A stretch of 33,807 bases of DNA. Source: Altererythrobacter sp. (GTDB lineage Bacteria > Pseudomonadota > Alphaproteobacteria > Sphingomonadales > Sphingomonadaceae). Numbering within the stretch: the stretch's first letter is position 1; every line of letters starts with the position of its first letter. The notes below the pieces were generated by a model that made no database searches, had not been told where the DNA came from, and saw nothing but the letters and a program-made list of their open reading frames with translations. The translations under genes were made by a program, and so were the position numbers. The DNA is taken from the NCBI GenBank assembly GCA_024636575.1, contig JAGXGU010000098.1:1-33807 (forward strand), read 5' to 3'. Below, in pieces: positions 29,269 to 33,807 of the stretch.

Positions 29269-30177
29269 TTACTCCGTAACCGCAGCGGCTTCGGCTTGCG
29301 CCTCGGCTTCACTGGAACCACCGCGGCCAAGCAGGTCGGCGACCTTCTTGCCCCGGCGCTGGGCGACAGACTTCGGCGAAGTCTGGTTGACCAGCGCATC
29401 AAAAGTGGCGCGGATCATGTTGTAGGGGTTCGACGTGCCCATCGACTTGGTCACCACATCGGCCACACCAAGGCTTTCGAAAACTGCACGCATCGGACCA
29501 CCGGCAATGATCCCGGTACCCGGAGGTGCCGAACGGACATTGACCAGACCAGCACCGAAACGGCCCTTGCCATCATGGTGCAGCGTGCGGCCTTCTTTCA
29601 AGGATACACGGATCATCTTTTTCTTCGCAGCTGCGGTTGCCTTGGTAATGGCTTCCGGCACTTCGCGCGCCTTGCCCTTGCCAAAACCAACCCGGCCCGC
29701 GCCGTCACCGACCACGACCAAAGCAGCAAAGCCAAAGCGCTTACCGCCCTTTACAGTCTTGGACACGCGGTTGATGTGGACCAGTTTTTCAACCAGGCCA
29801 TCATCGGGTTCGTCGCGCCCGCCACGGCGGTTGTTGTCACGTCCGCCGCCGCTACGTCCACGTCCGCCCTGGCCGCCGTCACGATTGCCGCCCTGGCCAC
29901 CACGATTATTGTTACCGCCCCGGCCGCTGCGCGGCTGCGAAGGTGCCCCACCCGTTGACGACTGATTGTCGAAGGCTTCGGTTGCGGCCATAGTCGGGGT
30001 CGGGGTCGAACCCGCATTGTCGATCACAGGCTCAGCTGCCGGTTCTGCGACAGGAGCCGCTTCTTCTTTAGCTTCAGCAGCAGGAGCCGCTTCGGCTTCG
30101 GGCTGAACCTTCGTTTCTTCGACAGTAGCTTCAGGCGTTACCGCCGGAGTTTCGTCAGTTTTCTTTTCGTCAGCCAT
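29269..30177 (-). CDS. rpsE: 30S ribosomal protein S5 with long N-terminal extension
   Basis: [37 protein letters not shown]; ATG 2 nt after rplR stop. Confidence 0.97.
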   Translation of the reverse strand: MADEKKTDETPAVTPEATVEETKVQPEAEAAPAAEAKEEAAPVAEPAAEPVIDNAGSTPTPTMAATEAFDNQSSTGGAPSQPRSGRGGNNNRGGQGGNRDGGQGGRGRSGGGRDNNRRGGRDEPDDGLVEKLVHINRVSKTVKGGKRFGFAALVVVGDGAGRVGFGKGKAREVPEAITKATAAAKKKMIRVSLKEGRTLHHDGKGRFGAGLVNVRSAPPGTGIIAGGPMRAVFESLGVADVVTKSMGTSNPYNMIRATFDALVNQTSPKSVAQRRGKKVADLLGRGGSSEAEAQAEAAAVTE

Positions 30178-30179
30178 AA

Positions 30180-30524
30180 TCAGAACTCCAGACCGCCTTC
30201 GCGCGCGGCGTCGGCCAGCGCCTTGACGCGGCCATGGTAGAGGAAGCCACCGCGATCGAATACGACGGTGGTGACGCCAGCCTTCTGGGCAGCCGCGGCG
30301 ATGTCTTTGCCTACCTGGCTGGCAGCATCGACATTGGCGCCGGAAGCCTTGGCCCCGAGAGTCGATGCAGCAGCGACCGTACGGCCGTTCTGGTCATCGA
30401 TGATCTGGGCGTAGATGTGACGTCCGGTGCGGTGCACCGAAAGGCGCGCACGGTCACCGGAGCGGGCCCGCAAGGCGGACCGCACACGGCGGCGGCGGCG
30501 TTCGAACAGAGAAAGCTTGGCCAT
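30180..30524 (-). CDS. rplR: 50S ribosomal protein L18
   Basis: [46 protein letters not shown]. Confidence 0.98.
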   Translation of the reverse strand: MAKLSLFERRRRRVRSALRARSGDRARLSVHRTGRHIYAQIIDDQNGRTVAAASTLGAKASGANVDAASQVGKDIAAAAQKAGVTTVVFDRGGFLYHGRVKALADAAREGGLEF

Positions 30525-30525
30525 C

Positions 30526-31059
30526 TTACTTCTTCTTCCCTTCCTTGCGGAAGACGTATTCGCCGCGGTACTTGATACCCTTGCCCTTGTAAGGCTCGGG
30601 CTTGCGCCACTGGCGGACTTCGGCAGCGAACTGGCCGACTGCCTGCTTGTCATTCCCGCTGATTTCGACGGTGGTCTGATCAGGCGTTTTAACTTCGATG
30701 CCTTCCGGCACTACGATATCGACATCATGGCTGTAGCCGAGCTGCAGTTTCAGGTTTTTGCCCTGGGCCTGCGCGCGGTAACCAACGCCGTTGATTTCGA
30801 GAACCTTGGTGAAGCCGTCGGTGACACCATCTACCAGATTGGCGACCAGAGTACGCTGCATTCCCCAGAAGGAACGGGCGCGCGTGGACGCATTCGCTGG
30901 CTTGACGGAAATTTCGCCTTCTTCAACCTGGTATTCGATATCGTCCAGCAAGCCCATCGAAAGGGTGCCTTTGGGGCCCTTCACGCTGAGCGTACCGTTT
31001 TCGATATTCGCAGTTACGCCATTCGGCATCGCGACTGCTTTCTTACCGATGCGGCTCAT
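30526..31059 (-). CDS. rplF: 50S ribosomal protein L6
   Basis: [26 protein letters not shown]. Confidence 0.99.
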   Translation of the reverse strand: MSRIGKKAVAMPNGVTANIENGTLSVKGPKGTLSMGLLDDIEYQVEEGEISVKPANASTRARSFWGMQRTLVANLVDGVTDGFTKVLEINGVGYRAQAQGKNLKLQLGYSHDVDIVVPEGIEVKTPDQTTVEISGNDKQAVGQFAAEVRQWRKPEPYKGKGIKYRGEYVFRKEGKKK

Positions 31060-31454
31060 CAGAACACCTCCGCCAGCACTTCGCCGCCGACGTTCTCGGT
31101 GCGTGCTTCGTTGTCCGAAAGCACGCCCTTCGGCGTCGAGACGATGGTGATGCCGAGGCCGTTGCGAACTACCGGCAGCTCTTGGCTACCTGAATAGACC
31201 CGGCGACCAGGCTTCGACACACGGGCGACATGCTTGATCGCAGGTTCGCCTTCGAAATATTTCAGTTCGATCCGCAGCGCCGGGTGCTTGCCTGAAGCGT
31301 CTTCGGAATAGCCACGAATGTAGCCTTCCCGCTGAAGCACTTCGAGAACATTTGCACGCAGCTTGGAAGCGGGCGAAAGGACGGAGTCCTTCTTGGCCTG
31401 CTGTCCGTTACGGATGCGGGTGAGCATATCACCCAGGGGATCGGTCATAGCCAT
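31059..31454 (-). CDS. rpsH: 30S ribosomal protein S8
   Basis: [26 protein letters not shown]. Confidence 0.99.
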   Translation of the reverse strand: MAMTDPLGDMLTRIRNGQQAKKDSVLSPASKLRANVLEVLQREGYIRGYSEDASGKHPALRIELKYFEGEPAIKHVARVSKPGRRVYSGSQELPVVRNGLGITIVSTPKGVLSDNEARTENVGGEVLAEVF

Positions 31455-31464
31455 CTGCTAATCC

Positions 31465-31770
31465 TTACCAGCTCGACTTGGTCACGCCGGGGATAAGCCC
31501 CTTGTTGGCGAGATTGCGCAGTTCAATGCGGTTGAGGCCGAACTTGCGGTAATAGCCGCGTGGGCGGCCGGTGGTGGTGCAACGGTTGCGCACACGCGTG
31601 GGATTCGCGTTACGCGGAATCTCTGCCAGCTTGAGACGGGCCATCAGACGCTCGCCCTCGTCGAGGGCCTTGTCATCGGCCACAGCCTTAAGCTTGGCAT
31701 ATTTCGCCGCATACTTCTTGACGAGCTTCTTGCGACGCTCGTTCTTGTTAATGGAACTCAGTTTCGCCAT
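31465..31770 (-). CDS. rpsN: 30S ribosomal protein S14 (101-aa, zinc-independent type)
   Basis: [13 protein letters not shown]...GRPRG...PGVTKSSW. Confidence 0.98.
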   Translation of the reverse strand: MAKLSSINKNERRKKLVKKYAAKYAKLKAVADDKALDEGERLMARLKLAEIPRNANPTRVRNRCTTTGRPRGYYRKFGLNRIELRNLANKGLIPGVTKSSW

Positions 31771-31798
31771 TGGACTTAAGCTCTCTTCTTCTTACCGC

Positions 31799-32392
31799 TC
31801 ATGCGGCCTGCTGTTCTTCGGCTTCTTCAGCCGGGTACGGGAAACCAAAGAGACGGAGCAATTCCTTCGCCTCTTCATCGGTATTCGCCGTGGTGGTGAC
31901 AATTACATCCATCCCGCGGACCTGATCGATCTGATCATAGGATATCTCGGGAAAGATGATCTGCTCTTTCAGGCCCATGGCATAATTGCCACGGCCGTCG
32001 AAGCTCTTCGGATTCAGACCACGAAAGTCGCGAATCCGCGGCATCGCGATCGTTACCAGACGGTCGACGAATTCATACATGCGTTCGCGGCGCAGGGTTA
32101 CCTTGCAACCAATCGGCATGCCTTCGCGCAGCTTGAACTGGGCGATCGACTTCTTGGCCTTGGTGATTACCGGCTTCTGGCCGGCGATCAGGGCCATTTC
32201 TTCTGCAGCTGTCTGGACTTTCTTCTTGTCCTGGCTCGCTTCGCCCACACCCATGTTGAGTGTGATCTTGTCGAGGCGCGGAACCTGAAGACGGTTCGTG
32301 TAACCGAACTTTTCCGTCATCGCCTTGACGATCATATCGTCATAGCGCTGCTTCATGCGGGGGCCCGCACTGGTAGAATTGGACTTAGCCAT
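31799..32392 (-). CDS. rplE: 50S ribosomal protein L5
   Basis: [42 protein letters not shown]. Confidence 0.98.
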   Translation of the reverse strand: MAKSNSTSAGPRMKQRYDDMIVKAMTEKFGYTNRLQVPRLDKITLNMGVGEASQDKKKVQTAAEEMALIAGQKPVITKAKKSIAQFKLREGMPIGCKVTLRRERMYEFVDRLVTIAMPRIRDFRGLNPKSFDGRGNYAMGLKEQIIFPEISYDQIDQVRGMDVIVTTTANTDEEAKELLRLFGFPYPAEEAEEQQAA

Positions 32393-32705
32393 CGATTGTC
32401 TCTCCAGACTTGACAGCAACCCGGACCTTTTTCCCGTCACGCTCTTCAAAGCGGACGCGGGTCGGTTTGCCATCCTTGGGATCAGCCACAGCAACCTTGC
32501 AGAGGTGCATCGGTGCTTCAAAGCGATCGATGCCGCCCTGCGGGTTTTCCTGGCTTGGCTTGCGGTGACGGGCAGCGATATTCACACCCTGGACGACGAC
32601 CTTGCCTTCTTTCGGCATGACCTTCTGGACAGTGCCGGTCAGGCCCTTGTCCTTGCCCGAAAGCACGACGACGCTGTCGCCCTTCTTGATCTTAGCGGAA
32701 GCCAT
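32385..32705 (-). CDS. rplX: 50S ribosomal protein L24
   Basis: [22 protein letters not shown]. Confidence 0.98.
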   Translation of the reverse strand: MASAKIKKGDSVVVLSGKDKGLTGTVQKVMPKEGKVVVQGVNIAARHRKPSQENPQGGIDRFEAPMHLCKVAVADPKDGKPTRVRFEERDGKKVRVAVKSGETIDG

Positions 32706-33073
32706 TATAGCACCTCCGGCGCAAGACTGATGATCTTCATGAAGCCGCGGCCACGCAATTCGCGCACCACTGGGCCAAAGATACGGGTGCCGATCGGCTC
32801 CTCGTTCTTGTTGACCAGCACGGCCGCGTTACCATCGAAACGGATCACGCTGCCGTCGCTCCGGCGAACTTCCTTGCGGGTACGCACGATCACCGCGCGG
32901 TGAACGTCGCCCTTCTTGACCTTGGCACGTGGCTGCGCTTCCTTGATGGAAACGACAATCACATCACCGACGCCGGCAGTCCGACGCTTCGACCCGCCCA
33001 GCACCTTGATGCACTGGACGCGCTTCGCGCCGCTGTTGTCAGCGACCTCTAGATTTGATTGCATCTGAATCAT
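32705..33073 (-). CDS. rplN: 50S ribosomal protein L14
   Basis: [35 protein letters not shown]. Confidence 0.99.
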   Translation of the reverse strand: MIQMQSNLEVADNSGAKRVQCIKVLGGSKRRTAGVGDVIVVSIKEAQPRAKVKKGDVHRAVIVRTRKEVRRSDGSVIRFDGNAAVLVNKNEEPIGTRIFGPVVRELRGRGFMKIISLAPEVL

Positions 33074-33137
33074 CGATGCGGTTCCTTCTTACCGGCTTGC
33101 AGGAACCAGTCCTGCAGTTCCAAAAATTATTCAAAAA

Positions 33138-33437
33138 TCAGGTGGTGCTACCTGCGGCTGCCTCGACGTCGATATCAGCTTCGACGGCAACGCCCTTGCT
33201 GGCATGCACAGTGTCGAGAACGCGCCATGTCTTGGTCTTGGAGATCGGCTTCGTCTCTTCGATCCGCACAACGTCACCGACGGTGTATTCGTTCGTTTCG
33301 TCGTGGGCGTGATACTTCTTCGAGCGCCGGATGATCTTCCCGTACAGCGGGTGCTTCACCTTGCGTTCGACCTTCACGGTCACGGTCTTGTCGGTCTTGT
33401 CAGAGGTGATAGTCCCGACGAGGATTCGCTTCGGCAT
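33138..33437 (-). CDS. rpsQ: 30S ribosomal protein S17
   Basis: [31 protein letters not shown]. Confidence 0.98.
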   Translation of the reverse strand: MPKRILVGTITSDKTDKTVTVKVERKVKHPLYGKIIRRSKKYHAHDETNEYTVGDVVRIEETKPISKTKTWRVLDTVHASKGVAVEADIDVEAAAGSTT

Positions 33438-33447
33438 TGTTAACTCC

Positions 33448-33660
33448 TCAAGCCTTCACGGCGGCGGCTTTCGCCGCACGCTCGTTTTGCAGTGTCTTGA
33501 TCTGCGCAATGCTCCGGCGCACCTGACGGATACGCGACGGGGCTTCGAGCTGGTTGGTCGCAGCCTGGAACCGCAGATTGTACTGTTCGCGCTTCAGCTC
33601 GGTGAGCTCGGCGGTCAGCTGATCATCGGTCTTGGTGCGAAGGTCCGCGAAATCAGCCAT
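33448..33660 (-). CDS. rpmC: 50S ribosomal protein L29
   Basis: [18 protein letters not shown]...[10 protein letters not shown]. Confidence 0.97.
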   Translation of the reverse strand: MADFADLRTKTDDQLTAELTELKREQYNLRFQAATNQLEAPSRIRQVRRSIAQIKTLQNERAAKAAAVKA

Positions 33661-33807
33661 TATTCGCCTCCCAGGTGGCTGGTGTCACCCAGACGGGCAA
33701 CAACCTTGGTCTTGATCGGCAGCTTCATCGCCGCACGTTCGAACGCTTCAGCCGCAAGCGGACCGGGAACGCCATCGAGTTCGAACAGGACACGGCCCGG
33801 CTTGACG
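33660..33807 (-). CDS. rplP: 50S ribosomal protein L16 (3' part; runs off window end)
   Basis: Manual translation [48 protein letters not shown]; TAATG overlap with rpmC. Confidence 0.95.
   Translation of the reverse strand, partial: VKPGRVLFELDGVPGPLAAEAFERAAMKLPIKTKVVARLGDTSHLGGE

Overview
GC-rich alphaproteobacterial chromosome segment. Gene order and protein features suggest Sphingomonadales/Erythrobacteraceae (inference). Left to right: a cobalamin-riboswitch-controlled btuB-btuF-btuC uptake operon (minus strand), a SleB-like cell-wall hydrolase, a small hypothetical protein and a membrane GGDEF-EAL protein. Next is the mdh-sucD-sucA-sucB-lpdA cluster, which lacks sucC and is interrupted by a small GIY-YIG nuclease. 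It is followed by VOC, PepSY and TRIC/UPF0126 genes, two paralogous secreted hypothetical genes and a beta-lactamase-family serine hydrolase. The rest is the alpha operon (rpsM-rpsK-rpoA-rplQ), gdhA, an SRPBCC gene and the spc/S10 ribosomal cluster (adk, secY, rplO to partial rplP). The most notable signal is a set of REP-like palindromes. The GIY-YIG gene is bracketed by two inversely oriented hairpins, and the same hairpin family occurs as a nuclease-free doublet in the btuF reading frame. This resembles a REPtron/REPIN pair but with a GIY-YIG nuclease instead of a RAYT transposase. Two other palindrome-doublet families are present, one encoding the BtuF C-terminal tail. No rRNA, tRNA, CRISPR array or IS transposase was seen. 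All calls come from reading the sequence; no searches were run.
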